Assembly (NCBI GenBank): GCA_963666365.2
Contig: CAXXNF010000002.1
Span: 2,016,001-2,080,000 of the forward strand
Direction of reading: 5' to 3'
From: Syntrophales bacterium
Lineage (GTDB): Bacteria > Desulfobacterota > Syntrophia > Syntrophales > UBA2210
Length of the DNA: 64,000 nt
Shown here: piece by piece, positions 49,546-59,538 of the stretch
Layout: each line of letters opens with the position of its first letter
Numbering within the stretch: position 1 is the stretch's first letter
Made by a program: the position numbers and the translations under genes
Notes under the pieces: generated by a model
Told to the model about the DNA's origin: nothing
Databases searched by the model: none
Seen by the model: the letters and a program-made list of their open reading frames with translations, nothing else

Positions 49546-50370
49546 TCATTTCGACGCAACGAGATTTCTGAATATTCGACCGTCAGGGGCATGCTCCTCT
49601 ATTTCTTCATTTTCAAACACAAGTCGCGTCATGACACTTGTGATCTTTTTCCCCCTCGTCGACTCTATGGCATCGGCACTGCAGTCGAAACGGGACAATT
49701 CTTCAAGTGTCACAATGGTGGGAACCACCATGTGAAATTTATTACACCTGTAGTGGGCAAGCGCCTCTTCAGGGGTTGTCCAGATATGAGTGGTCAATTC
49801 GTGTCCATCGTGGAGCGCCTCCTGACAGTCCGGCGCCTGAGCAATAAAAAACCTTGTGTCGTACCTTTTCGGCGACAACTCCGGAGTAATCCAACGGGAG
49901 TAGTAGAAAAGACGGTCAAGGGCCAGTGTCAAGCCTTCTTTATGAAGCATTTCGGCAAATCGCAGGCGCCCCTGCCCTATTTGTCTCCGGTATTCAGTAA
50001 ATCGCTGTGCGCACTCATCCCTGCTGTTAAACCTGACAAGAGATCCGTTGCTCCGGGAGGCTAGCAGCAGTCCCATTTCCTCAAACGTTTCCCGGATCGC
50101 GGCTATCCAGATACCCAGCTTTTTTTCAGGGTGCAGCATCTCGTCGGAAGTCTCCCGCACCCTCTCGACATCCGAATCCTTACAGAAGTCGGTCATACCG
50201 GGCCGGCAGTCCTCTTCGTCGACCCGCCCACCGGGGAATACGTAAGAACTGGGAACGAAACTGCTTTTACTGCTCCTTCGCGCCATCAGCACCTCGAACC
50301 CGCTGCCTTTATCGGTCTTCGGCTCGCGAAGCAGAATTACTGTTGCTGCATCACTCGGTATCACTGTCAT
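49546..50370 (-). CDS. Nudix hydrolase (NUDT19-like, putative acyl-CoA diphosphatase)
   Basis: AATVILLR, VFPGG.VD..D, AAIRETFEE.G, RWITP...KRYDTRFF. Confidence 0.85.
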   Translation of the reverse strand: MTVIPSDAATVILLREPKTDKGSGFEVLMARRSSKSSFVPSSYVFPGGRVDEEDCRPGMTDFCKDSDVERVRETSDEMLHPEKKLGIWIAAIRETFEEMGLLLASRSNGSLVRFNSRDECAQRFTEYRRQIGQGRLRFAEMLHKEGLTLALDRLFYYSRWITPELSPKRYDTRFFIAQAPDCQEALHDGHELTTHIWTTPEEALAHYRCNKFHMVVPTIVTLEELSRFDCSADAIESTRGKKITSVMTRLVFENEEIEEHAPDGRIFRNLVASK

Positions 50371-50651
50371 GTATGCCCCCGCTCATCCGGCAAGGCATCC
50401 TCCTGGCACACCCCCCCATCTCCCGCTGTCGCCCCGAGCTTCCGGAAAATATCCCCCCTTCACGGACCCCATGTTCAGCGTGCAACGGCTTCACAGTCGA
50501 GGGATTGCCATTCCGACAAAAAAGTTGCCTGCCTGTTTACTTTTTTCGTGTATTTTTTGAGGGCTCACTCATTAAAGCCGACCTTTTTCACTCATAGCCC
50601 TTATCCTTTTTTTCCCTTGTGGGTCAAGCAATATTTTTTCCATTGGATCTA

Positions 50652-51845
50652 TTATTCTTGATAGGGCGAACTGTATCGAAGCTGCGCGATATTCTCCACA
50701 TGTTTCGTACGAGGAAACATATCGAAAGGTCGCACCCTGTCCAGTACGTAGCCCTGCTGGAGAAGACGTCGGATATCCCGAGCCTGGGTTGCGGGATTGC
50801 ACGACACATAGACTATTCTGTCCGCCTGCAGGGCTGCGATTTCATCAAGCACAGCGGCCGCACAACCGATGCGCGGAGGATCGAGAATCACGCTATCGAT
50901 GTGAGGCATTGACTTTCCACGGATCTTTTTTAACACCCCTTCCATCTTTCCCGCGTAAAAACGGGCCCGTGAAAACCCCTGGGCTTCAAGGTTACCCTTC
51001 GCACACGTGACTGCTTTCTCGTCTGCATCACCGCCGAAAATCCGCCTTGCTCTCAATGCAAGGAAAAGGGTGAATAGACCCGATCCGCAATAACAATCGA
51101 TAATCGTCGTATCTTCAAGAGGATGGCATGCCTCTACGACGGCATCGACCAACTGACCGACAAGAGCGCCATTTGCCTGAAAGAATCCCCCATAGGGCAC
51201 TTTCAATGATTTCGCATTGACCGTTCTCGTAATATACTCATCTGCCTTATAGGCAACATCGGACCAGAAGGTCATGCGTTCTCGGGAAATAATTTTCGCC
51301 GTTTTACCGTGCTTCACCATCGCGTATTCTTCATTGATCGATTCTTCGACAAGCTCACACCGCTCGATTTCGATGATGTCGGACCCTTCACCCTTCATAA
51401 ATCCGGTCATGATCCGGCCGTTTGTATCACGGGTGCAGTGGTACTCCGCCTTCTGGCGATAGTGGTATATTTTCGGCGATGGAACCACATCTTCGACAGG
51501 GGGAGACGACAGGCCTCCGATCCGCTCCAGGACATCCACAATCTGTTGTTTTTTGATCTTCAGTTCATGGCCGTACTCCATATGTTGGTAGTGACACCCC
51601 CCGCAGGACATATAATAGGGGCACGGTGGAGCAATCCGGAAGGGTGATGCATGAATGAGTTCTTGCATTTCCGCCAGAAGATACCGCTTTTTCACCACCT
51701 TCAGCGCAGCCTCTACCACATCGCCGTCCACTGTGAAAGGGACGAATACCACCCTGCCGTCAATTCTCCCCACACCGGCGCCTCCGAAGGCAACTCCTTC
51801 AATCTTAATCCGGATTCTGTCTTTCGGCGCAAATACTTTATCCAT
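50652..51845 (-). CDS. rlmD: 23S rRNA m5U methyltransferase (TRAM domain, RlmD/RumA family)
   Basis: CPYY..CGGC, FFQAN, D.YCGSG, DPPRIG, YVSCNPATQARD, DMFP.T.HVE. Confidence 0.88.
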   Translation of the reverse strand: MDKVFAPKDRIRIKIEGVAFGGAGVGRIDGRVVFVPFTVDGDVVEAALKVVKKRYLLAEMQELIHASPFRIAPPCPYYMSCGGCHYQHMEYGHELKIKKQQIVDVLERIGGLSSPPVEDVVPSPKIYHYRQKAEYHCTRDTNGRIMTGFMKGEGSDIIEIERCELVEESINEEYAMVKHGKTAKIISRERMTFWSDVAYKADEYITRTVNAKSLKVPYGGFFQANGALVGQLVDAVVEACHPLEDTTIIDCYCGSGLFTLFLALRARRIFGGDADEKAVTCAKGNLEAQGFSRARFYAGKMEGVLKKIRGKSMPHIDSVILDPPRIGCAAAVLDEIAALQADRIVYVSCNPATQARDIRRLLQQGYVLDRVRPFDMFPRTKHVENIAQLRYSSPYQE

Positions 51846-52001
51846 CAAGAAGCCTTTCAATAATATTATTTTTTGGCTTTTATATCTTGAAGTCCTTTGG
51901 CGCACAAGTAAATTGACCATTCGCTTGCGGTCTCTTCATTTTCCTTTACAAGAATGCCAAATATTGTTAGCGTGCCGCAACGACCCTCAAAAAAGGCTGC
52001 A

Positions 52002-53162
52002 ATGGATAACGGAAACATCAATCGAGTGCACCTCGATGGAAAAGAAATTATTATTATAGGAACGGCTCACGTATCCCGTGAAAGCGCCGACCTGGTGGAA
52101 CGAATAATCGAAGAAGAAACGCCTGATACGGTCTGTGTGGAACTGTGCCGTTCCCGCTATGATGCGATTACGCAGAAAGACGCCTGGGAAAAAACGGACA
52201 TCGTCAAGCTTGTCCGAGAGAAGCGAACCTCCCTCCTTTTGTCACAACTTCTCATGGCATCGGTGCAGAAAAAAATAGCCGATAAATTCGGCATCAAGCC
52301 GGGTGAGGAAATGCTGCGGGCCATTGAAAAGGCAGAGTCAGTCGGAGCGCACCTGGTTCTGGCCGACCGCGACATTCGCACGACGCTGACACGAACATGG
52401 CGGAAGATCCGGTTCATAAGCAAGCTACGGCTCCTGTTCGAGGCCCCCCTCTCCTTTCTCATGGCTGACGATATTACCGAAGAGGAAATTGAGGAACTCA
52501 AACATAAGGACGGCCTCGAACTTGCCCTCAGCACCTTCGGGAAAAAACTCCCTGAGGTCAAGACCACTCTGATCGATGAACGGGACCAGTACCTTGCCGA
52601 TTCCATTACCCGTGCGACCGGCGCCAAGATCGTGGCGGTCGTGGGGGCCGGCCACGTGCCCGGCATTCTGCATCATCTCGGAAAACCGGTCGATATTGCA
52701 CGCATTTCAGAAATACCCCCCAAAGGCCCTCTGGGAAAAGCAGTGGCCTGGGGGATATCACTTGTCGTCATCGGATTGATTGTTTTCGGATTCTTTCATT
52801 CCGGAAGCGAGGCCAGTCTCAATATGATTAAATGGTGGATCGCGGTGAACGGCATACTTGCCGGCGCGGGCGCGCTCATTGTTCTTGCCCATCCCCTTAC
52901 CGTGCTCGCCTCCATCGCGGCGGCCCCGCTCACCTCTCTGAATCCCATGGTGGCCGCGGGGTGGGTGGCCGGCCTCACGGAAGCGTCGCTTCGGAAACCG
53001 CAGGTAAAGGATTTTATGGCGCTTCGCACCGATATTGCCACGGTCAGAGGATTCTGGAGAAACAAGATTACGAGGATTCTTCTGGTGGTGGTCTTCGTCA
53101 ACATAGGAAGCTCCATCGGCACCTTTGTGGCCATACCCTTGATGATGAAGTATCTGGTATGA
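52002..53162 (+). CDS. TraB/PrgY/GumN family protein
   Basis: IGTAHVS, VCVELC..R, PG.EM, LIDERD, VVGAGHVPG, C-terminal TM helices. Confidence 0.9.
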   Translation: MDNGNINRVHLDGKEIIIIGTAHVSRESADLVERIIEEETPDTVCVELCRSRYDAITQKDAWEKTDIVKLVREKRTSLLLSQLLMASVQKKIADKFGIKPGEEMLRAIEKAESVGAHLVLADRDIRTTLTRTWRKIRFISKLRLLFEAPLSFLMADDITEEEIEELKHKDGLELALSTFGKKLPEVKTTLIDERDQYLADSITRATGAKIVAVVGAGHVPGILHHLGKPVDIARISEIPPKGPLGKAVAWGISLVVIGLIVFGFFHSGSEASLNMIKWWIAVNGILAGAGALIVLAHPLTVLASIAAAPLTSLNPMVAAGWVAGLTEASLRKPQVKDFMALRTDIATVRGFWRNKITRILLVVVFVNIGSSIGTFVAIPLMMKYLV

Positions 53163-53174
53163 GGTACCCTTTGC

Positions 53175-54020
53175 ATGTCGCCTGTCGAACGCACATCGAT
53201 CATATGCCCCAATTGCCGTAAACTGATCAGCTCCTATGAAGAGCGCTGCCCCTATTGCGGCATGAAAAATCCGGGAAGCCGATGGCGGATCGATATCCTT
53301 GCCTCCCTCTTTCAAAGATACGACCTGATTTCCGTGATCATCGGAACCAATGCGGCCTTCTATATTCTTTCGCTCGTGCTCAACACCTCATCGGTGGGCA
53401 TGTCGGCCAATCCCATGGCCCTCCTGTCTCCCTCCAACAACAGTCTCCTGCTGCTGGGCGCGACGGGCGCCATTCCCATCGATCACTTTCACTGGTGGTG
53501 GACGTTGATTTCGGCATCCTATCTCCACGGCGGCGTGCTTCACATTTTTTTCAATATGATAGCGCTCTACCAGATCGGACCTTTTGTCCGCAACGAGTAC
53601 GGTCCCCATCGTTTCTTTATCATCTACAGCATCGCCGGGATTGCAGGATTTTTCATATCCTATCTGGCGGGGGTCTCTTTTACGATCGGCGCCTCAGCGA
53701 GCCTTTGCGGCCTGATCGGCGCAACGCTTTTCTATGGAAAAAGCCGGGGGGGCAGCTTCGGTACCGCAATCTATCGGCAGGTCCTGGGGTGGGTTGTGGT
53801 CCTCATTGTGTTCGGATTCCTTGTGCCGGGCATCAACAACTGGGCCCACGGCGGAGGGATTGTCACCGGGATCGCCGGAGGATTTCTTCTGGGATATAAT
53901 GATACACGATTAGAAACCGCGGCGCACCGCCTGCTGGCGAATGCCTTCCTGTTCCTGACCGTCCTCGTGCTCATCTGGGCGGTTCTTCAGGCCCTTTACC
54001 ACACCCTTTTTTCCTTTTAG
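53175..54020 (+). CDS. Rhomboid intramembrane serine protease with N-terminal Zn ribbon
   Basis: CPNC...CPYC; H.G.LHIFFNM, GAS, AHGGG. Confidence 0.9.
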   Translation: MSPVERTSIICPNCRKLISSYEERCPYCGMKNPGSRWRIDILASLFQRYDLISVIIGTNAAFYILSLVLNTSSVGMSANPMALLSPSNNSLLLLGATGAIPIDHFHWWWTLISASYLHGGVLHIFFNMIALYQIGPFVRNEYGPHRFFIIYSIAGIAGFFISYLAGVSFTIGASASLCGLIGATLFYGKSRGGSFGTAIYRQVLGWVVVLIVFGFLVPGINNWAHGGGIVTGIAGGFLLGYNDTRLETAAHRLLANAFLFLTVLVLIWAVLQALYHTLFSF

Positions 54021-54081
54021 CGACGAAAAGAACCATGGAGGCAGTGCTTGTAGACGGCCGTTTTTAAAGGCCTCAAAGCGA

Positions 54082-54110
54082 TTGACAGACGCTCAATATT
54101 CCCCTATAGT
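54082..54110 (+). promoter_or_regulatory. sigma70 promoter
   Basis: TTGACA-17 nt-TATAGT. Confidence 0.65.
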
Positions 54111-54200
54111 GATGCCCGTCGCTGTCTAGACAATCCTCTTTTCAGGAGTCCCTTACGCATCCCTGCAAAGAGGCTGCCAAAAACCATGAGGGGGTGCAAA

Positions 54201-54611
54201 ATGAACCATCGAGTTGCGGCAGGGTGCTTGGTAATTGTCCTTTTCTTATTTTTGACGGGGTGCAATACGGCTTTCATGGTAGGTGATAAAGTGGTCGGCA
54301 TCCATTCGGGCAAGTTCTTCTATACCGACGGCACCCTGAGAACCGATTACAATGTTTCCTTCGAGCATGCCTGGACTGCCTGCGAAAAAACCCTGCAGGA
54401 CATGAAGGCAACCGTCCTGGAAGTGGAAAAGAAGATATCGAAGGGTAAATTTGATGCGACAATGGAAGGGGAAGATGTGAGCATTTCCGTAGAGTATGTG
54501 GAAAGCACCGTCACCCGAATAGCCGTGCGTGTGGGACTTGCGGGAAACAATGTCGCCTCCAGGCTTATTCACGATAAAATCAAAATGCACCTGTCGGAAA
54601 ATCGAACGTAA
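54201..54611 (+). CDS. Lipoprotein (DUF3568-like)
   Basis: Lipobox LTGC; G.L...Y...., T...VRVG..G. Confidence 0.7.
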   Translation: MNHRVAAGCLVIVLFLFLTGCNTAFMVGDKVVGIHSGKFFYTDGTLRTDYNVSFEHAWTACEKTLQDMKATVLEVEKKISKGKFDATMEGEDVSISVEYVESTVTRIAVRVGLAGNNVASRLIHDKIKMHLSENRT

Positions 54612-54631
54612 CGTTTCCAACCGAAACCGGC

Positions 54632-55837
54632 ATGTCATCCTCTTCCACCCCGACCCTTCACCTCTTTCCGCGCACGAGAAGGGGCGTGTTCACGAGAAGG
54701 CTGAACCGCTTCGTCATCGAGTGCAGTGTCGACGGGAGCTTGATGCGGGCCTATCTTCCCAACCCGGGCCGTCTGCGGGAGCTTCTTCTCCCCGGACGAA
54801 CGCTCTATCTGGCTGAAAATGCCCCATCAGGAAAATACCGCTACACCGCCGTCGCCGTAGTACGGGACGGGCGACCGGTTCTCCTTCATACCCATATGGC
54901 AAACCGAGCTGTGCAATGGCTTTTGATACACAGGGCCATCCCGGAACTGAAGGATGCCACGGTAGTGCGTCCCGAAGTGACCGTCGATCGCAGTCGTTTC
55001 GATTTCCTGCTTGAAAAAGACGGGATGCCTTTTCTGCTGGAGGTAAAATCCTGCACGCTCTTTGAAGACGACATCGCCCTTTTTCCCGATGCCGTCACCG
55101 ACCGGGGGAGACGCCACCTTCTGGAGCTGGCGGAAAGCGCCCGCCAGGGAACCCCGGGCGGGGTTGTCATACTGATCAACTGGCCCCGGACTCGCTACTT
55201 TCTTCCCGATTATCACACCGATCTTGAGTTTGCCCGCGCCTTTCTTGAAGTAAAAAAAGACATCGCCTTCATCCCAATAGCCGTGGAATGGAGCGATACT
55301 CTGTCCCTCATTCCTTCTGTGAGGCGCGTGGCCATTCCCTGGGCGCTCATCGAGCGCGAGGCTGCGGATAGCGGAAGCTACGTTCTTATACTCCGGCTTT
55401 CCCACGATGAGACGATCGAGGTGGGAAAGCTCGGATCGCTACACTTTCGCAGGGGCTATTATCTTTATGTGGGCTCGGCAAAAAAGAATCTGACCCGGCG
55501 CATCAATCGTCACCTGCGAAAGCGAAAGAACTTTCACTGGCATATCGATTATCTGCGGGACCGGGCCGATTACGCACAGGCACTGGCAATCCGGTCGAGC
55601 GATACCCTGGAATGCGCATTGGCAAAGGCGATTGAAAAAATCGCCCATTGGAAAACGCCGGCCTTCGGCTCGTCGGACTGCGGCTGCGACACGCACCTTT
55701 TCGGCATGACGCACGATCCCGCACAGGATCCCGCCTTTGTGGAAATACTCCAGTACTTCAGGATCGGTCGTCTTCGCGAAGAACTTCAGAAAATCAAAAA
55801 AAGCTCTCGCGCGGAGCCGCAGGGGCGTAGAGATTAA
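54632..55837 (+). CDS. sfsA: SfsA nuclease fused to a DUF123/GIY-YIG endonuclease domain
   Basis: R.NRF, LPNPGRLRELL, SRFDFLL, EVKSCTL, FPDAVT.RGRRHL; C-terminal GSY.L...GYYLYVGSA...R..RH...HWHIDYL...FGSSDC.C.THL. Confidence 0.88.
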   Translation: MSSSSTPTLHLFPRTRRGVFTRRLNRFVIECSVDGSLMRAYLPNPGRLRELLLPGRTLYLAENAPSGKYRYTAVAVVRDGRPVLLHTHMANRAVQWLLIHRAIPELKDATVVRPEVTVDRSRFDFLLEKDGMPFLLEVKSCTLFEDDIALFPDAVTDRGRRHLLELAESARQGTPGGVVILINWPRTRYFLPDYHTDLEFARAFLEVKKDIAFIPIAVEWSDTLSLIPSVRRVAIPWALIEREAADSGSYVLILRLSHDETIEVGKLGSLHFRRGYYLYVGSAKKNLTRRINRHLRKRKNFHWHIDYLRDRADYAQALAIRSSDTLECALAKAIEKIAHWKTPAFGSSDCGCDTHLFGMTHDPAQDPAFVEILQYFRIGRLREELQKIKKSSRAEPQGRRD

Positions 55838-55954
55838 AATGAAATTAATAATGGGTTCACTGCGTCTCAGCGCTTCGGCGGGAGAAAGAAATATGGACAG
55901 ATTCCCCGGAAATCCGCTATAGTACTTTCAATTATTCGGGATAATTGATTAACA

Positions 55955-56476
55955 ATGATAACTTTTACCATCAATACGAAATCTATCATCGTCGGCGTCA
56001 TCGGAAGCAATCATGACGACAGCCCCGCCATGGCCGAGGCCTTTCGAATCGGCGAAGAGATTGCAAAGCGGGGACATGTGCTCCTTACGGGAGGGGGAAC
56101 GGGAATCATGAAGGCGGCCTCCGAAGGCGCATACCGCGCCGGCGGGCTCGTCATCGGCATTCTGCCCAACGAACGGGGGACGGGGCCTTCGGGATACCCG
56201 AATGAATTTGTCCACATTCCTATCTATACGGGAATGTCCGACGGGAGGAATGTCATCAACGCCAAAACCCCGCATGCCATCGTGGCCCTCTCCGGAGGAT
56301 TCGGCACCATTTCCGAAATCGCCATCGCCCTTAAATCGGGAACACCGGTTATCGGAATAAAGGCGCCTTACCTTAATTCCCCGGGCGGTGCGCCCTTTCA
56401 TCAAGCAAGCTCCGTTGAAGAGGCCATGAAGATACTGGACAGGCTTCTCTCAAGTAGAAACAGTACACATACTTAG
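55955..56476 (+). CDS. TIGR00725 family SLOG/LOG-like nucleotide-binding protein
   Basis: GVIG, TGG.TGIM.AAS.GA, IGILP, TGM...RN.IN, GG.GTISEI. Confidence 0.88.
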   Translation: MITFTINTKSIIVGVIGSNHDDSPAMAEAFRIGEEIAKRGHVLLTGGGTGIMKAASEGAYRAGGLVIGILPNERGTGPSGYPNEFVHIPIYTGMSDGRNVINAKTPHAIVALSGGFGTISEIAIALKSGTPVIGIKAPYLNSPGGAPFHQASSVEEAMKILDRLLSSRNSTHT

Positions 56477-56509
56477 CACAAATTACGAAGCATCTATAAG
56501 GCACATACT

Positions 56510-57760
56510 ATGAATAGAAAGCAAATATCTATTATCGATTCAAATGACGAATACCTCCTTCGTTTCATCTCCGAAAATGTTCATGAAGCCATAAATATCT
56601 CGCAAGACGGAAGAGTAAAATTTGCCAACAGGAAAGTGCTGGAACTCTTTGGATGCACACTCGATGAACTCACAAGCAGACCTTTTGTCGATTTCATTCA
56701 CCCCGATGACAGAGACATGGTGTACGAACGCTACCAGAAACGATTAAAGGGCGAGGAAATCACAAGTTATCCCTACAGGATTATCGACAAAGAAGGCAAT
56801 GTTAAATATATGGAAATGAAAGGAGCCGTCGTTCTATGGAACGGCAGGCCCGCCACGCTCAATTTTGTCATGGATATCACCGCACGCCTCCAGGCGGAAG
56901 AAGAATTGAGAAAGTCCGAAAAAAGGTTCTTTGATATTATCAATTTCCTCCCCGATGCAACCTTCGCCATAGATAACAAAGGAACGGTTATCGCATGGAA
57001 CAAGTCAATAGAAGAACTGACGGGAGTGCCCGCATCCCACATGCTGGGTCAAAAAGATTACCTCTATGCCGTACCATTTTACGGCAAAGCCAGGCCGATG
57101 CTCATTGATCTTATTTTTTGCCCCTTTAAAAAATACGAGACCCTCTATCCCAGGTTCAGGCGTGAAAAAGATATATTGTTTGCAGAAACGATCGTCACTA
57201 TGAACGGATCCGAGTTATGTCTTTGGTGCAAGGCGAGTGCAATTTACGATGAAAATAATGCCAGAATCGGGGCAATAGAATCTCTTCGAGATATTACGGA
57301 ACCCAAAAGAGCAAGGGAAGAACTTAATATAAAAACAAAAAACTTGGAAGAACTCAATACCGCTCTCAAGGTACTTCTTTCTCACCGAGAACAGGATAAG
57401 AAAGAAATAGAAGAAAAATTTATTATGAATATGAATAAATTGATTATTCCTTATGTGGAGAAACTGAAAATAAGCAAGTCAGATTCAGAAAAATCAAACT
57501 ACATAGAAATCCTTGAAAAAAATCTCGAAGAAATAACGTCCAGCTTTGTCATGAACATCGGTTCGCAATCGACAGGCTGCACACCTCGTGAAGTAGAAAT
57601 AGCCCAGCTCGTCAAAACCGGAAAAACATCAAAGGAAATCGCAGACATTTTAAACATATCGGTCAATACCGTGAATGTGTGCCGGGGACGAATCAGAAAG
57701 AAACTCGGGCTTAATAAAGAGAAAACGAACCTGCGCCTTCATCTCTCATCTTTCCAATAA
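56510..57760 (+). CDS. PAS-PAS-LuxR transcriptional regulator
   Basis: FIHPDD and DITAR/DITE PAS-PAC motifs; C-terminal TPREVEIA...GKTSKEIA..LNIS..TV...R.RIRKKLG. Confidence 0.9.
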   Translation: MNRKQISIIDSNDEYLLRFISENVHEAINISQDGRVKFANRKVLELFGCTLDELTSRPFVDFIHPDDRDMVYERYQKRLKGEEITSYPYRIIDKEGNVKYMEMKGAVVLWNGRPATLNFVMDITARLQAEEELRKSEKRFFDIINFLPDATFAIDNKGTVIAWNKSIEELTGVPASHMLGQKDYLYAVPFYGKARPMLIDLIFCPFKKYETLYPRFRREKDILFAETIVTMNGSELCLWCKASAIYDENNARIGAIESLRDITEPKRAREELNIKTKNLEELNTALKVLLSHREQDKKEIEEKFIMNMNKLIIPYVEKLKISKSDSEKSNYIEILEKNLEEITSSFVMNIGSQSTGCTPREVEIAQLVKTGKTSKEIADILNISVNTVNVCRGRIRKKLGLNKEKTNLRLHLSSFQ

Positions 57761-58068
57761 TCATTACAAATAATAATAAAAATATATTCAATTTTGAATT
57801 ATTCCATTTTCCGGACACCTATGTTCTTATACTCCTACCACTTAAGAAAATCAGGAAACGGCACGTATATCTGACCAGTTACTTGTAGTTAAAGAAATCC
57901 GGATATTCTAAGAGAATGTTGAAGAGACTATGTTCTCATCCTAACCTTTGAATTCTGATTCAATTATTGAACTCAAAACGGTTGTCGCCATTAGATAAAG
58001 GAAAGGGAAATCTTGTTTTTCTTAATTTTCCTTAATAACAATGAAACTACAATCAAAGGAGATGGGAA

Positions 58069-59421
58069 ATGAGGGGAAAAATGTTAAATTTTAAGCTGCT
58101 TTTTATGTGTGTTTTGTTCGTTTGTGTATGCGGTCTTTTGGGTCTGCCCGATAAGGCTCTGTCCATACCGGCATTTGACGTAAGCAAGATGTCGGACATG
58201 TCGGACTTTGATCCAACGGCGCCGATGGAACCGGAAGGCGATGTCGTCAAGATCGGATATATGAACATTTTTTCCGGAGCCGGAGCAGGGGTCGGTGAAC
58301 TCAGTGTCATCGGAATGAAGTGGGCCGCCTATGACTACAATAAACGAGGGGGCATTCTCGTCGATGGAAAGAAGAAAAAAATAAAGGTCTTGCTCGGCGA
58401 TACGCAAGGCAAGCCTGTCACCACCAAAAAGGAAGCAGAGAAACTATGCCTCGAGGACAAAGTCGATATCATCGTAGGCACCCCAGGCAGTCATACCGCA
58501 TTAGTGATTCAAAACGTTGCCAAAAAACATAAAACGCTTCACCTTAACGATCGCGGGGTTGCGGAAGCGTTGATGAACGCAAAGAATTTCAGCCGCTATA
58601 GCTTCCGAACTTGCCTGACAACGAGGATGTTCGGACAGGCCATGGCCTATTACTACTCTAAACGGCCGGAAAAGAAATTTTATATTCTCTGCCAGGATTA
58701 TTCCTACGGCCACGATATCGCCAATGCTTTTATGGAGGCTCTCAAGGTCTACAAGCCCGATCACGAAATAGTGGGCGAGTCGTATCATCCGATTCTTTTG
58801 AAAGATTTCGCACCTTATATTACAAAAGTAAAGGGTTCGGGAGCGGAAGTGCTCTATACGGGGGACTGGATGCCCGACAGCCAAAACCTGGTTGTCCAGG
58901 CCAACGACCTCGGTCTCGAAACACAGATCGCAAATATTTACTGCGATATATACCAAGTGCAAAAGGCAACCGGAGTGGAAGCGGGAAAGCGTATAATCAA
59001 CGGCAATTCACATATGATAACCGTTGACACCCCTGAGAACAAAGCCATAAATCAGATCTGGTACGATCAATGGAAAAACTGGAAAAAACCTTATGATACT
59101 CCATACTACAAATGGCCCGGCGGCACTCTTGGCGAAAATATGGTAAGCTATTATTGGCTGCTCGGCATTCTTGAAAAGGCTGGCACAACCGATCCTGAGA
59201 AAATCATCGAAACCTGGGAGAATGATGAATACAGGGCCTTTAATGGTGTCGTTAAAATGAGAGCCTGTGACCACCAGATTGTTCGAGAACTGTTTATCTC
59301 TCAATTTGAATATCCTAACCCGTGGTACGATGACGCTGCATCCTATGGAAAGGCATTTGTAGTTCCGCCTGAATACTGCACCCAGCCGATTCCCGAAGAC
59401 CTCGACAGGTGCAAAAAATAA
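58069..59421 (+). CDS. ABC transporter substrate-binding protein, paralogue of 39913-41256
   Basis: Shares PAFD..KMSDM..FDP, GDTQGKP.TTKKEAEKLCLE, MRACDH and PIPEDLDRCKK; start could be 58081. Confidence 0.88.
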   Translation: MRGKMLNFKLLFMCVLFVCVCGLLGLPDKALSIPAFDVSKMSDMSDFDPTAPMEPEGDVVKIGYMNIFSGAGAGVGELSVIGMKWAAYDYNKRGGILVDGKKKKIKVLLGDTQGKPVTTKKEAEKLCLEDKVDIIVGTPGSHTALVIQNVAKKHKTLHLNDRGVAEALMNAKNFSRYSFRTCLTTRMFGQAMAYYYSKRPEKKFYILCQDYSYGHDIANAFMEALKVYKPDHEIVGESYHPILLKDFAPYITKVKGSGAEVLYTGDWMPDSQNLVVQANDLGLETQIANIYCDIYQVQKATGVEAGKRIINGNSHMITVDTPENKAINQIWYDQWKNWKKPYDTPYYKWPGGTLGENMVSYYWLLGILEKAGTTDPEKIIETWENDEYRAFNGVVKMRACDHQIVRELFISQFEYPNPWYDDAASYGKAFVVPPEYCTQPIPEDLDRCKK

Positions 59422-59441
59422 ATAAACCCGGCGCACAGCCT

Positions 59442-59477
59442 ATAAAGCGGCCATTGTGATCACAATGGCCGCTTTAT
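59442..59477. terminator. Perfect 36-bp palindrome, likely bidirectional terminator
   Basis: ATAAAGCGGCCATTGTGATCACAATGGCCGCTTTAT between convergent genes. Confidence 0.7.
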
Positions 59478-59538
59478 CATACCCAAGGACAAGCAACAAT
59501 TTTATAGGAGCTTTAAACGCCTGTCACTCAGACACGTG

